Source: a virus (Duplodnaviria > Heunggongvirae > Uroviricota > Caudoviricetes). From it: DNA of 47,934 bases. A model generated the notes under the pieces. It was not told the origin of the DNA. It searched no databases and saw only the letters and a program-made list of their open reading frames with translations. Position 1 is the stretch's first letter. Each line of letters opens with the position of its first letter. Below are positions 28,638 to 38,800 of this stretch, piece by piece. Both the position numbers and the translations under genes were made by a program. The stretch is from the IMG/VR virus record IMGVR_UViG_2778261630_000003. The stretch is one strand, 5' to 3'.

Positions 28638-28856
28638 TCACAGTCCCCATTGTTTGTTCTTAAGTTCGATCTCCTCCTGGCAACTTGCACAAGTCCGACA
28701 ACCCTGAACGGCCAGGCGTCTTCGTTCATCTATCGGATCGCCACACTCACAACAATGAGTGGCAGATATAGCCTGGTGGTTCAGGCGGCGCATTTTTATT
28801 GCTGTGTTGCGCTGTAATTCTTCAATTTCTGATGCTGAATCAATGATGTCTGCCAT
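28638..28856 (-). CDS. TraR/DksA-family C4 zinc-finger protein
   Basis: CCECGDPIDERRR...CRTCASC four-cysteine motif. Confidence 0.7.
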   Translation of the reverse strand: MADIIDSASEIEELQRNTAIKMRRLNHQAISATHCCECGDPIDERRRLAVQGCRTCASCQEEIELKNKQWGL

Positions 28857-28954
28857 CTTTCATTAATCCCTGAATTGTTGGTTAATACGCTTGAGGGTGA
28901 ATGCGAATAATAAAAAAGGAGCCTGTAGCTCCATGATGATTTTGTTTTTCATGT

Positions 28955-29170
28955 TCACCGTTCCTTAAAGACGCCGTTTAACATGCCGATCGCCAGGCTT
29001 AAATGAGTCGGTGTGAATCCCATCAGCGTTACCGTTTCGCGGTGCTTCTTCAGTACGCTACGGCAAATGTCATCGACGTTTTTATCCGGAAACTGCTGTC
29101 TGGCTTTTTTGATTTCATAATTAGCCTGACGGGCAATACTGCGAAGGGCGTTTTCTTGCTGAGGTGTCAT
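28955..29170 (-). CDS. lambda early-left small ORF homolog
   Basis: MTPQQENALRSIARQ... resembles a lambda b-region/early-left small ORF; start at internal ATG inferred. Confidence 0.5.
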   Translation of the reverse strand: MTPQQENALRSIARQANYEIKKARQQFPDKNVDDICRSVLKKHRETVTLMGFTPTHLSLAIGMLNGVFKER

Positions 29171-29246
29171 TGAACAAGTCCCATGTCGGCAAGCATAAGC
29201 ACACAGAATATGAAGCCCGCTGCCAGAAAAATGCATTCAGTGGTTG

Positions 29247-29438
29247 TCATACCTGGTCTCTCTCATCTGCTTCTGCTTTCGCCACCATCATTTCCAGCTT
29301 TTGTGAAAGGGATGTGGCTAACGTATGAAATTCTTCGTCTGTTTCTACTGGTATTGGCACAAACCTGACTCCAATTTGAGCGAGGCTATGTGCCATCTCG
29401 ATACTCGTTCTTAACTCAACGGGAGATGCTTTGTGCAT
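29247..29438 (-). CDS. lambda orf63-like protein
   Basis: [39 protein letters not shown]. Confidence 0.6.
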   Translation of the reverse strand: MHKASPVELRTSIEMAHSLAQIGVRFVPIPVETDEEFHTLATSLSQKLEMMVAKAEADERDQV

Positions 29439-29593
29439 ACAGCCCCTCGTTTATTATTTATCTCCTCAGCCAGCCGCTGGGCTTTCAGTGGATTTTGGAT
29501 AACAGAAAGGCCGGGAAATACCCAGCCTCGCTTTGTAACGGAGTAGACGAAAGTGATCGCGCCTACCCGGATATTATCGTGAGGATGCGTCAT
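29411..29593 (-). CDS. lambda orf60a-like protein
   Basis: [26 protein letters not shown]...; overlaps neighbours. Confidence 0.55.
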   Translation of the reverse strand: MTHPHDNIRVGAITFVYSVTKRGWVFPGLSVIQNPLKAQRLAEEINNKRGAVCTKHLPLS

Positions 29594-30270
29594 CGCCATT
29601 GCTCCCCAAATACAAAACCAATTTCAGCCAGTGCCTCGTCCATTTTTTCGATGAACTCCGGCACCATCTCGTCAAAACTCGCCATGTACTTTTCATCCCG
29701 CTCAACCACGACATAATGCAGTCCTTCACGCTTCATACGCGGGTCATAGTTGGCAAAGTACCAGGCATCTTTTCGCGTCACCCACATGCTGTACTGCACC
29801 TGGGCCATGTAAGCCGACTTTATGGCCTCGAAACCACCGAGCCGGAACTTCATGAAATCCCGGGAGGTAAACGGGCATTTCAGCTCAAGGCCATTGCCGT
29901 CACTGCATAAACCATCGGGAGAGCAGGCGGTGCGCATACTTTCGTCGCGATAGATGATCGGGGATTCAGTAACATTCACGCCGGAAGTGAATTCAAACAG
30001 GGTTCTGGCGTCGTTCTCGTACTGTTTTCCCCAGGCCAGCGCCTTAGCATTAACTTCCGGAGCCACACCGGTGCAAACCTCAGCCAGCAGGGTGTGGAAG
30101 TAGGACATTTTCATGTCAGGCCACTTCTTTCCTGAGCGGGGCTTTGCTATCACGTTGTGAACTTCTGAAGCGGTGATGACGCCGAGCCGTAATTTGTGCC
30201 ATGCATCATCCCCCTGTTCGACAGCTCTCACGTCGATCCCGGTACGCTGCAGGATAATGTCCGGTGTCAT
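29590..30270 (-). CDS. exo: exonuclease (Red-alpha)
   Basis: 226 aa, matches remembered lambda Exo almost residue for residue ([50 protein letters not shown]...). Confidence 0.95.
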   Translation of the reverse strand: MTPDIILQRTGIDVRAVEQGDDAWHKLRLGVITASEVHNVIAKPRSGKKWPDMKMSYFHTLLAEVCTGVAPEVNAKALAWGKQYENDARTLFEFTSGVNVTESPIIYRDESMRTACSPDGLCSDGNGLELKCPFTSRDFMKFRLGGFEAIKSAYMAQVQYSMWVTRKDAWYFANYDPRMKREGLHYVVVERDEKYMASFDEMVPEFIEKMDEALAEIGFVFGEQWR

Positions 30271-31052
30271 GCTGCCACCTTCTGCTCAGTGGCTTTCTGT
30301 TTCAGGAATCCAAGAGCTTTCACTGCTTCGGCCTGTGTCAGTTCTGACGATGCGCGAATGTCGCGGCGAAATATCTGGGAACAGAGCGGCAATAAGTCGT
30401 CATCCCATGTTTTATCCCGGGCGATCAGCAGAGTGTTAATCTCCTGCATGGTTTCATCGTTAACCGGAGTGATGTCGCGTTCCGGCTGACGTTCTGCAGT
30501 GTATGCGGTATTTTCGACAATGCGCTCGGCTTCATCCTTGTCATAGATACCAGCAAATCCGAAGGCCAGACGGGCACACTGAATCATGGCTTTATGCCGT
30601 AACATCCGTTTGGGATGCGACTGCCACGGTCCCGTGATTTCTCTGCCTTCGCGGGTTTTGAATGGTTCGCGGCGACATTCATCCATCCACTCGGTAACGC
30701 AGATCGGATGATTGCGGTCCTTGCGGTAAATCCGGCATGTACAGGATTCATTGTCCTGCTCAAAGTCCATGCCATCAAACTGCTGGTTTTCATTGATGAT
30801 GCGGGACCAGCCATCAACGCCCACCACCGGAACGATGCCGTTCTGCTTATCAGGGAAGGCGTAAATTTCTTTCGTCCACGGATTAAGGCCGTACTGGTTG
30901 GCGACGATCAACAATGCGATGAACTGCGCATCGCTGGCATCACCTTTAAATGCCGTCTGGCGAAGAGTGGTGATCAGTTCCTGTGGGTCGACAGAATCCA
31001 TGCCGACACGTTCAGCCAGCTTCCCTGCCAGCGTTGCGAGTGCTGTACTCAT
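30267..31052 (-). CDS. bet: recombination protein Bet (Red-beta)
   Basis: 261 aa [66 protein letters not shown]..., lambda Bet. Confidence 0.95.
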   Translation of the reverse strand: MSTALATLAGKLAERVGMDSVDPQELITTLRQTAFKGDASDAQFIALLIVANQYGLNPWTKEIYAFPDKQNGIVPVVGVDGWSRIINENQQFDGMDFEQDNESCTCRIYRKDRNHPICVTEWMDECRREPFKTREGREITGPWQSHPKRMLRHKAMIQCARLAFGFAGIYDKDEAERIVENTAYTAERQPERDITPVNDETMQEINTLLIARDKTWDDDLLPLCSQIFRRDIRASSELTQAEAVKALGFLKQKATEQKVAA

Positions 31053-31057
31053 CCGTT

Positions 31058-31354
31058 TTATACCTCTGAATCAATATCAACCTGGTGGTGAGCAATGGTT
31101 TCAACCATGTACCGGATGTGTTCTGCCATGCGCTCCTGAAACTCAACATCGTCATCAAACGCACGGGTAATGGCTTTTTTGCTGGCCCCGCAGCGTTGCA
31201 AATGATCGATGCAGAGTGATTCAAACAGGTGCTGTGGAAGACCTTTTTCCATGTCGTCTGCCAGTTCTGACTCTTTCTCTTCACGGGCGATCTGCTGGTA
31301 GTGACGTGCCCAGCTCAGAGCCTCAAGACGATCCTGAATGTAATAAGCGTTCAT
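31058..31354 (-). CDS. gam: Gam (RecBCD inhibitor), short form
   Basis: 98 aa [56 protein letters not shown], lambda Gam. Confidence 0.95.
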   Translation of the reverse strand: MNAYYIQDRLEALSWARHYQQIAREEKESELADDMEKGLPQHLFESLCIDHLQRCGASKKAITRAFDDDVEFQERMAEHIRYMVETIAHHQVDIDSEV

Positions 31355-31429
31355 GGCTGAACTCCTGAAAATGGCTGTGAAAATATCGCCCGCGAAATGC
31401 CAGGCTGATTAGGAAAACAGGAAAGGGGA

Positions 31430-31720
31430 TTAGTGATTCAGGCCGTTACCGCGTCCGTCGAGAAAAACTTCCACGAGCAAATCACGGGTATAAGTGCGCT
31501 CGATGCCGCGATGCAGATAAAGCCGTCCGCGTAAATTAGCTGATGCAGTCCAGGTACCATCTTTGTGTTTGACCAGCATTCCTGGCATGACCGCGCCGCG
31601 ATTAACGGTCTGCGTTCCGTAATGTTGATGAACCATAAAAACTCCTGCCCGTAAGCTGGGCTGCTGAACATATAGAGACTTCTGCGCGTATTCAGGCGGT
31701 GGATGGCCGCCGGTTGTCAT
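31430..31720 (-). CDS. hypothetical early-left protein
   Basis: 96-aa ORF in the position lambda uses for kil/cIII; no recognised motif. Confidence 0.35.
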   Translation of the reverse strand: MTTGGHPPPEYAQKSLYVQQPSLRAGVFMVHQHYGTQTVNRGAVMPGMLVKHKDGTWTASANLRGRLYLHRGIERTYTRDLLVEVFLDGRGNGLNH

Positions 31721-31927
31721 AACTAAGCCGCCTCGTTGAAGCGACTAAGGTATGAAATGTTGAGTTGATTTCAGCTGGTCACACCGACGTTCACGCGTCC
31801 GTTTCACCCCTCGCACTCCCCGAAGCCTGCTGAAATTCAAACTGCGGATCTAAGCGGTCATCGCAACGGTGAATCAGGTAGTTGCCGTATCGTTGTGTTG
31901 TTGCGATGAATCTATTTAAAACTATAG

Positions 31928-31990
31928 TTGTTTTATCGTCAAAAACAAAAGTTGTTTTATTGGTTGTTTTAGATATAACTGGTTGTATTT
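31928..31990. promoter_or_regulatory. cluster of GTTGT(T/A)TT repeats, candidate left operator/promoter (OL/pL-like)
   Basis: four copies at about 31928, 31951, 31963, 31982, one as palindrome TTGTTTT-atcgtc-AAAACAA; motif shared with the cI-cro operator palindrome. Confidence 0.35.
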
Positions 31991-32079
31991 AGGATGGATT
32001 TATTTTGTGACTTGAATCGCATAGCGATAACTGAAGCGAGGTTATGGTGGTTTTTTTAACGGTGTGTGTGATGAGGGGA

Positions 32080-32110
32080 GGGCAAAAGAAAACCCGGCAC
32101 GGTGACCGGG
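32080..32110 (-). terminator. intrinsic terminator downstream of cI (minus strand)
   Basis: plus-strand AAAAGAAAA then CCCGGCACGGTGACCGGG; on the minus strand this is a hairpin followed by a U-tract. Confidence 0.5.
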
Positions 32111-32231
32111 ATTCTTACGCCGTTAGGTAAAGATATTATTGCGGTGGCTTAATATTACTACCTAGAGCAAAGATAGGAATTAGTTCTTTACTGAATGAGC
32201 ACAATGCCCAGTTGATAATTTTTAATTGGTA

Positions 32232-32921
32232 CTACCCATGCTTCCTATATGTCTGCGGCATGCTCCCAATAACCTTACCGAAGATGAACACCCGGTTCAT
32301 CTCGTCTTTCTCGATCGGGTCCCACGGTGAGTAGCTTTTGTTATCAGAGATGACCAGCAGCTTATCCTTCATCATTTGCAGGCGCTTTACATGGGCTGTG
32401 TCGTCGTACAGAAACGCATAGATACCATCACCGTCGAAAGATTTAACTGTGATATCAACGAACAGCAGATCACCTGGTTCGATCGTTCCTGACATGCTGT
32501 CACCACGCACGTTAATGATGCGGATATTTTCCGCCTTCCTACCATCGAACATGTGACGAGCATCGTCAAACGAGTACTCAACCGAGCGTAGAACTTCTAC
32601 AAACTCACGGTTGATGACTCCCGGCCCAGCACTGACTTCTATATCAAGAACGTCAATCTTGAAGTATTTGGAATGGCTGACAGTTGATTGTATTGGTTGC
32701 ACTGTACTGTCTGACATATTTCCAACGCCAGAAGATAACCATTCTGCGCGCACACCCAAAGCGTTCGCGATCTCCACGATTTTAGTTGTTTGATTAGCTT
32801 TCCCTGTTTCGATTTTCTGAATAGCAGCCTGGCTAACCCCGACCAAATCCCCAAGCGCCTTTTGTGTAAGGCCTCGCGCTAATCTGGCTTCTTTAAGTCT
32901 TTCTGAGAGTGTTGTTTTCAT
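32232..32921 (-). CDS. cI: CI-like repressor (HTH plus S24 LexA-like peptidase)
   Basis: HTH LARGLTQKALGDLVGVSQAAIQKIE; C-terminal RGDSMSGTIEPGDLLFVD and HVKRL; start at MKTTLSERL inferred (ORF open to 32987). Confidence 0.85.
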   Translation of the reverse strand: MKTTLSERLKEARLARGLTQKALGDLVGVSQAAIQKIETGKANQTTKIVEIANALGVRAEWLSSGVGNMSDSTVQPIQSTVSHSKYFKIDVLDIEVSAGPGVINREFVEVLRSVEYSFDDARHMFDGRKAENIRIINVRGDSMSGTIEPGDLLFVDITVKSFDGDGIYAFLYDDTAHVKRLQMMKDKLLVISDNKSYSPWDPIEKDEMNRVFIFGKVIGSMPQTYRKHG

Positions 32922-32962
32922 AGTCCAAATGTACAACCAAGGTTTTATTCCATCAAACGAAA

Positions 32963-32987
32963 ATGGTTGTTGATTAAAAACAACCAT
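32963..32987. promoter_or_regulatory. operator palindrome between cI and cro
   Basis: ATGGTTGTT-gattaaa-AACAACCAT perfect 9-bp arms; related half-sites at about 32934 and 33011. Confidence 0.55.
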
Positions 32988-33025
32988 AGTTTTAATCTTG
33001 ATTCAAATTAACCACGGAGGTTGTT

Positions 33026-33256
33026 ATGAACCCAGCTATCAAAACAGCGATCAATATCGTTGGTTCACAAAAGAAACTGGGCGCTGCTTGCGAAGTTTCA
33101 CAGCAGGCCGTCTATAAGTGGCTTCACAACAAAGCAAAGGTATCCCCTGAACATGTCGGCAGCATTGTTACGGCTACTGGTGGAGTAGTGAAGGCATACC
33201 AGATTCGCCCGGATCTTCCGAAGTTGTTTCCACACACCGAAAAGAACGCAGCTTAA
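33026..33256 (+). CDS. cro: Cro-like HTH regulator
   Basis: 76 aa, divergent from cI, GGAGG RBS, HTH KKLGAACEVSQQAVYKWL. Confidence 0.7.
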   Translation: MNPAIKTAINIVGSQKKLGAACEVSQQAVYKWLHNKAKVSPEHVGSIVTATGGVVKAYQIRPDLPKLFPHTEKNAA

Positions 33257-33480
33257 ATTTCCATTTCACGCTCTTTAACAATAAGCAATCAACTTAACAG
33301 TCAATTCAAACTAAAGGAGTCAATTATGCAACCACTTACATACCAACAGACTAGCGGATTTAGCCCGACTGCGGTGATAAATCGTTCTCAAACAAAACAG
33401 GCGCCAGGCCACGAAAAATCCGTGATGCCGTTCGCGCCTGGTCGGCTGCAGATAATCAGGATGTTGTTGCCGCACTCATT

Positions 33481-33864
33481 GTGAATGAGTATCGGGAGCA
33501 GGGCGGCGGCACCATCGATTTCCCTGATGATGTCAGCCGTGCACGCCAGAAGCTGTTCCGCTTCCTCGATAACAAATTCGATTCTGAAAAATACCGAAAT
33601 AACGTGCGTGAACTGACCCCGGCAATTCTGGCGGTACTACCGCTGGAATATCGCGGCCACCTGGTTGAGCAGGATAGCTTCATGGCTCGGCTGGCTGAAA
33701 TGGAAAAGGAACTCAGTGAGGCAAAGCAGGCGGTCATTCTCAACGCACCACGCCACCAGAAACTGAAGGAGATGAGTGAAGGCATTGTGTCGATGTTTCG
33801 TGTGGACCCGGATCTGGCTGGTCCATTAATGGCGATGGTTACCACCATGCTGGGGGCAATATGA
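33481..33864 (+). CDS. YdaT-like protein (CII-position regulator family)
   Basis: NEYREQGGGTIDFP and TPAILAVLPLEYR resemble Rac YdaT; annotated from GTG 33481 but similarity seems to extend upstream in the same frame without a start; an RBS-led ATG at 33326 is in another frame. Confidence 0.5.
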   Translation: MNEYREQGGGTIDFPDDVSRARQKLFRFLDNKFDSEKYRNNVRELTPAILAVLPLEYRGHLVEQDSFMARLAEMEKELSEAKQAVILNAPRHQKLKEMSEGIVSMFRVDPDLAGPLMAMVTTMLGAI

Positions 33865-33950
33865 CAGGTTCAGAAATGGCGAAAGCCGGTCTGCGGGAAC
33901 AGAGCCGACTTTCAGGTGCAAATCGTAACGCACTCATTGCGGAAGGAATT

Positions 33951-34880
33951 ATGGCAAACACTGCTGAGATATTCAATTTTCCAGTGCCGGATGAGGCACA
34001 AAAGGAGCCGCGCGTGGCAGATCTCGATGATGGTTATACGCGCATTGCAAATGAGTTGCTGGAAGCTGTGATGCTGGCCAGATTAACACAGTACCAGCTT
34101 CTGGTCTTCCTGGCTGTCATGCGCAAAACATATGGCTTTAATAAAAAACTGGATTGGGTGAGCAACGAGCAACTTTCCGAGTTGACCGGGATATTGCCGC
34201 ACAAGTGTTCTGCTGCAAAAAGTGTTCTGGTAAAGCGTGGGATTTTTATTCAGAGCGGGCGGAATATCGGCATTAATAATGTGGTCAGTGAATGGTCAAC
34301 ATTACCCGAATCAGGTAAGAAAAATAAAGTTTACCTGAAAGAGGTAAATTTACCTGAATCAGGTAAGAAAAGTTTACCCAAATCAGGTAAAGACGTTTAC
34401 CCGAATCAGATAAACACAAAAGACAAACTAACAAAAGACAATATAAAACCTTTTTCGTCCGAGAATTCTGGCGAATCCTCTGACCAGTCAGAAAACGATC
34501 TTCCTGTGGTGAAACCGGATGCTGCAATTCAGAGCGGCAGCAAGTGGGGGACAGCAGAAGACCTGACCGCCGCAGAGTGGATGTTTGACATGGTGAAGAC
34601 CATCGCGCCATCAGCCAGAAAACCGAATTTTGCAGGGTGGGCTAACGATATCCGCCTGATGCGTGAACGTGACGGACGTAACCACCGCGACATGTGTGTA
34701 CTGTTCCGCTGGGCATGCCAGGACAACTTCTGGTCCGGTAACGTGCTAAGTCCGGCCAAACTCCGCGACAAGTGGACCCAACTCGAAATCAACCGTAACA
34801 AGCAACAGGCTGGCGTGACAGCCGGAAAATCAAAACTCGACCTGACAAACACTGACTGGATTTATGGGGTGGATTTATGA
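33951..34880 (+). CDS. O: replication initiation protein O
   Basis: N-terminus ..RVADLDDGY.R...LLEA and C-terminal half EDLTAAEWMFDMVKTIAPSARKPNFAGWANDIRLMRERDGRNHRDMCVLFRW... as in lambda O. Confidence 0.9.
   Translation: MANTAEIFNFPVPDEAQKEPRVADLDDGYTRIANELLEAVMLARLTQYQLLVFLAVMRKTYGFNKKLDWVSNEQLSELTGILPHKCSAAKSVLVKRGIFIQSGRNIGINNVVSEWSTLPESGKKNKVYLKEVNLPESGKKSLPKSGKDVYPNQINTKDKLTKDNIKPFSSENSGESSDQSENDLPVVKPDAAIQSGSKWGTAEDLTAAEWMFDMVKTIAPSARKPNFAGWANDIRLMRERDGRNHRDMCVLFRWACQDNFWSGNVLSPAKLRDKWTQLEINRNKQQAGVTAGKSKLDLTNTDWIYGVDL
34303..34411 (+). repeat. replication origin iterons inside O (about five copies of TTACC(C/T)GAATCAGGTAAG) followed by AT-rich tract
   Basis: palindromic repeats at about 34303, 34329, 34348, 34371, 34394; AT-rich tract then GAATTCTGGCGAATCCTCTGACCAG as in lambda ori. 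Confidence 0.75.
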
Positions 34881-35578
34881 AAAACATCGCCGCACAGATG
34901 GTTAACTTTGACCGTGAGCAGATGTGCCGGATCGCCAATAACATGCCGGAACAGTACGACGAAAAGCCGCAGGTACAGCAGGTAGCGCAGATCATCAATG
35001 GTGTGTTCAGCCAGTTACTGGCAACTTTCCCGGCGAGCCTGGCTAACCGGGACCAGAACGAACTGAACGAAATCCGCCGCCAGTGGGTGCTGGCTTTCCG
35101 GGAAAATGGGATCACCACAATGGAACAGGTTAACGCAGGAATGCGCGTAGCCCGTCGGCAGAATCGACCATTCCTGCCATCACCCGGGCAGTTTGTTGCC
35201 TGGTGCCGGGAAGAAACATCCGTTACCGCCGGGCTGCCAAACGCCAGCGAGCTGGTTGATATGGTTTACGAGTATTGCCGGAAGCGTGGCCTGTATCCGG
35301 ACGCAGAGTCTTATCCATGGAAATCAAACGCGCACTACTGGTTGGTTACCAACCTGTACCAGAACATGCGGGCCAATGCGTTGACTGACGCGGAATTACG
35401 GCGCAAGGCTGCCGATGAACTGGCCTGTATGACCGCGCGAATTAACCGTGGTGAGGCTATACCTGAACCAGTAAAACAACTTCCTGTCATGGGCGGTAGG
35501 CCTCTAAATCGTGCACAGGCTCTGGCGAAGATCGCAGAAATCAAAGCTAAGTTCGGGCTGAAAGGAGCGATGAAATAG
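34877..35578 (+). CDS. P: replication protein P (helicase loader)
   Basis: 233 aa MKNIAAQMVNFDREQM.RIANNMPEQYDEKPQVQQVAQIINGVFSQLLATFPASLANRDQNE, lambda P. Confidence 0.95.
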   Translation: MKNIAAQMVNFDREQMCRIANNMPEQYDEKPQVQQVAQIINGVFSQLLATFPASLANRDQNELNEIRRQWVLAFRENGITTMEQVNAGMRVARRQNRPFLPSPGQFVAWCREETSVTAGLPNASELVDMVYEYCRKRGLYPDAESYPWKSNAHYWLVTNLYQNMRANALTDAELRRKAADELACMTARINRGEAIPEPVKQLPVMGGRPLNRAQALAKIAEIKAKFGLKGAMK

Positions 35579-35827
35579 AGCTAAAGTATTAGCTTAAAAA
35601 TAAAGTATACCTAGCGAATATAATCTAGGACTAGTTGTAACGCCCGAAATGATTGATTGCGTGAGCAACAAAATTTTTCTTCCATTGTTGTGAAATCATT
35701 TAGCCATAAAGTTTATGCAGAGATTTTATTTTATTTTTGAGTTGATTTTTTTGTAACGAGCTGTATATTTCGCGCCTCTTGTCATACCAGTTATTTTTTT
35801 CATTATATTCATAACGTTGATTGAACT

Positions 35828-38800
35828 ATGACCACTGTGAATAAAAAGTTAAAAAAAACTGCATCTGGCGCGATTACATGGTCGGTAATTGTTACCCAGA
35901 TATTATCTCCAGTTTCTCTTTCTTTGATCCCAGCAAACAGTTTTGCATCTTCTGGTAATAAAGATGTTACGCAAACTTATGCCAGCGATGAGCATGCAAA
36001 TAAAGTGGCCTCATTTGCAGCAAGTGCAGGTCAGAGCCTGGCGAATAATAATGCAAGTAGTTTTGCTGTAAATACTTTATCAACTCAGGCGACAAAAGAG
36101 GTCGTCGACTGGTTGCAACAATATGGCAATGCGCGCATCAAGCTTAATGTCGATGATTCTTTTTCCTTGAAGGATTCATCATTCGACTTTTTATATCCAT
36201 GGCTGGATACTCAGGATTATGTGCTATTCAGTCAGACATCACTACATCGTACTGATGACCGAAATCAGACCAATATTGGTTTGGGGATTCGTCATTTCAC
36301 TCCTGATAACGCAATGTTGGGTGCGAATGTTTTCTATGATTACGATTTAAGTCGCAGTCACTCTCGTGCAGGTTTTGGGGTTGAGTACTGGAGAGATTAT
36401 TTCAGGCTTGGTGTAAATACCTATTTTGGTTTGTCTGACTGGAAGAACAGTCGGGATATTGATGATTATCTGGAAAGACCCGCAAATGGCTGGGATTTTT
36501 CTGCTGAAGGATGGCTACCTGCTTATCCGCAATTAGGGGCATCCATTCAGTTTGAAAAATATTATGGTAAAAATGTCGGGTTATTTGGAAGCGATAATCT
36601 GCAGGAAAACCCTTACGCAGTTACTGGGGGAATTTCTTATACACCAGTTCCTCTGATTAAGTTTTCTGCACAGCATAAGCAAGGACAGAGCAACGTTCAC
36701 GATACAACCTTCGGTGTTGAGTTTAATTATCGCCCGGGCGTTTCCCTGGCTGAACAGCTTAGCAGCGATAATGTTGCAGTTATGCGAGAAGTCCAGAATC
36801 GGCGTTATGATTTTGTTGAACGAAATAACAACATTGTTCTGGAGTACAAGAAGAAGCATGCACTGAAAATCAGTTTGCCAGAGTCTGTTCAGGGGGAGGG
36901 GGAATCAATCATCCCTGTAACACTGACAATCAACAATGCTAGTGGTGGTATCAAGTCTGTACAGTGGAATGATAGTGCATTCACTGCGGCTGGCGGCAAG
37001 ATCAGTGGAAATGGCACATCATGGCAGATCACTTTACCGGCTTATAAAAGCGAAGGTGTAAATTCGTGGAATGTTGGAGCCACAGTCCAGGATAACAGAG
37101 GCAATGTTTCCAACTATGCCGTTATGAATATCAGCGTTAATAATAGTGGTGTCTCGACAGCGGATTCATCTTTTACGCTGGATGGGGATTCGTCTCCGAC
37201 GATCTCTGCTGATGGTCAATCCACTTATCCAATAGTATTAAGCCTGAAAGACAGTAACGGTAAGGCATTAACCGGACTGGCTGATGACATTGAAATGTCT
37301 GTGGAATTTACTGCGGATAGCAATAGTGCTCGACAGCGTGAAACGGTAACTGCTCCGTCATTAGGCGCGGTAGAGGAAATCTCTGCTGGTGTATATCGCT
37401 CTGTTCTGGCTGCTGGTTCGCAGGCTGGGACGGTACGTGTAACTGCAAAAGTTCAGGGAAAAACCTTTACTCTGAATATTAAGCAGGCAGCCGTTATTGA
37501 TAGTGATGTATCGACAGCGGATTCATCTTTTACGCTGGATGGGGATTCGTCTCCGACGATCTCTGCTGATGGTCAATCCACTTATCCAATAGTATTAAGC
37601 CTGAAAGACAGTAACGGTAAGGCATTAACCGGACTGGCTGATGACATTGAAATGTCTGTGGAATTTACTGCGGATAGCAATAGTGCTCGACAGCGTGAAA
37701 CGGTAACTGCTCCGTCATTAGGCGCGGTAGAGGAAATCTCTGCTGGTGTATATCGCTCTGTTCTGGCTGCTGGTTCGCAGGCTGGGACGGTACGTGTAAC
37801 TGCAAAAGTTCAGGGAAAAACATTTACTCTCAGTATTAAGCAAACAGCAGCAACAGAACCTGATTCTGAGGTCAGTGCTGTTTTAACCGCTGCACCAGCA
37901 GAACAGGTAGTTGGTTACAATATCAATCTACAACTGGCAGTGAAGGATTCACAAGGAAATGCAATCACTGGTGATAACACTCTGAGCTTTTATGCTCTTA
38001 ACCAGGCAGAAGGAGTCGAGTTTGGGACTGTAACGGAAAAAGACGGTGTCTATAGCGCGACAGTAACTTCAAAACGAGCTGGTAAGATTACTATCGGTGT
38101 TAAATCTGATAGTCATGATTTCTCAGGTGTTAAGAAAGAAATCACCTTTATTGAGGACCGGCAGCAGGTTACATTCTCTCAGTTTGAAGCCAGCCAAAAT
38201 AATGCATTGGCTGATGGAAAACAGAGAAATATGGTAACTGTAAGCCTTGCGGACCGTTTCGGCAATGTTGTTCCTGGTTATGCTGTCACATTGTCTTTAC
38301 CAGCAGGGATAACTCAAGTTGGTGGTGAACATGCTGTTTCAACTGACGAAAATGGTAATGCTATTTTTGCGTTAATAAGCTCCACTCCGGGGTCTTACGT
38401 GATTACAGCTCATGCTGGTTCTCAGATGTCTACTGAGTTAACAGTGACCTTTGCATCAAATATGACCGGAGCTTCACTGTCACTGACGCCTGAAAGCAGT
38501 AGTTTAATTTCCAATATTCCTGCTAATGGTAAGGATGCAGCGGTATTAGATGTGCAGCTGACAAATACGAATGCGTCGGTCAATGGGCAAAAGATTCAGC
38601 TCATCACCTCATCTGAAGGATTATCTGTACCAACAAATATCGTGACTGATTCAACAGGGCATGTTTCTGTTCCGCTTACAACGGTGAAAGCTGGTGAGTA
38701 CACGGTGACTGCACGGGTGACTGACGGTTCCCATAGCGTGGAATCTGGCAGCGTTAAGTTAACTTTTGTGCCCGATGTTGCTTCTGCAGAACTTACTATG

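Noticed and set aside
32922-32987. N-terminal extension of the cI ORF (MVVFNQQPFSFDGIKPWLYIWT...)
   Set aside because: The extension would run across the operator palindrome and the cro promoter; the repressor more plausibly starts at MKTTLSERL (32921).
37144-37857. Possible CRISPR-like or satellite repeat
   Set aside because: Only two long (357-bp) coding repeat units in frame within the adhesin gene; no short direct repeats with unique spacers and no cas genes. No CRISPR array was found anywhere in the window.
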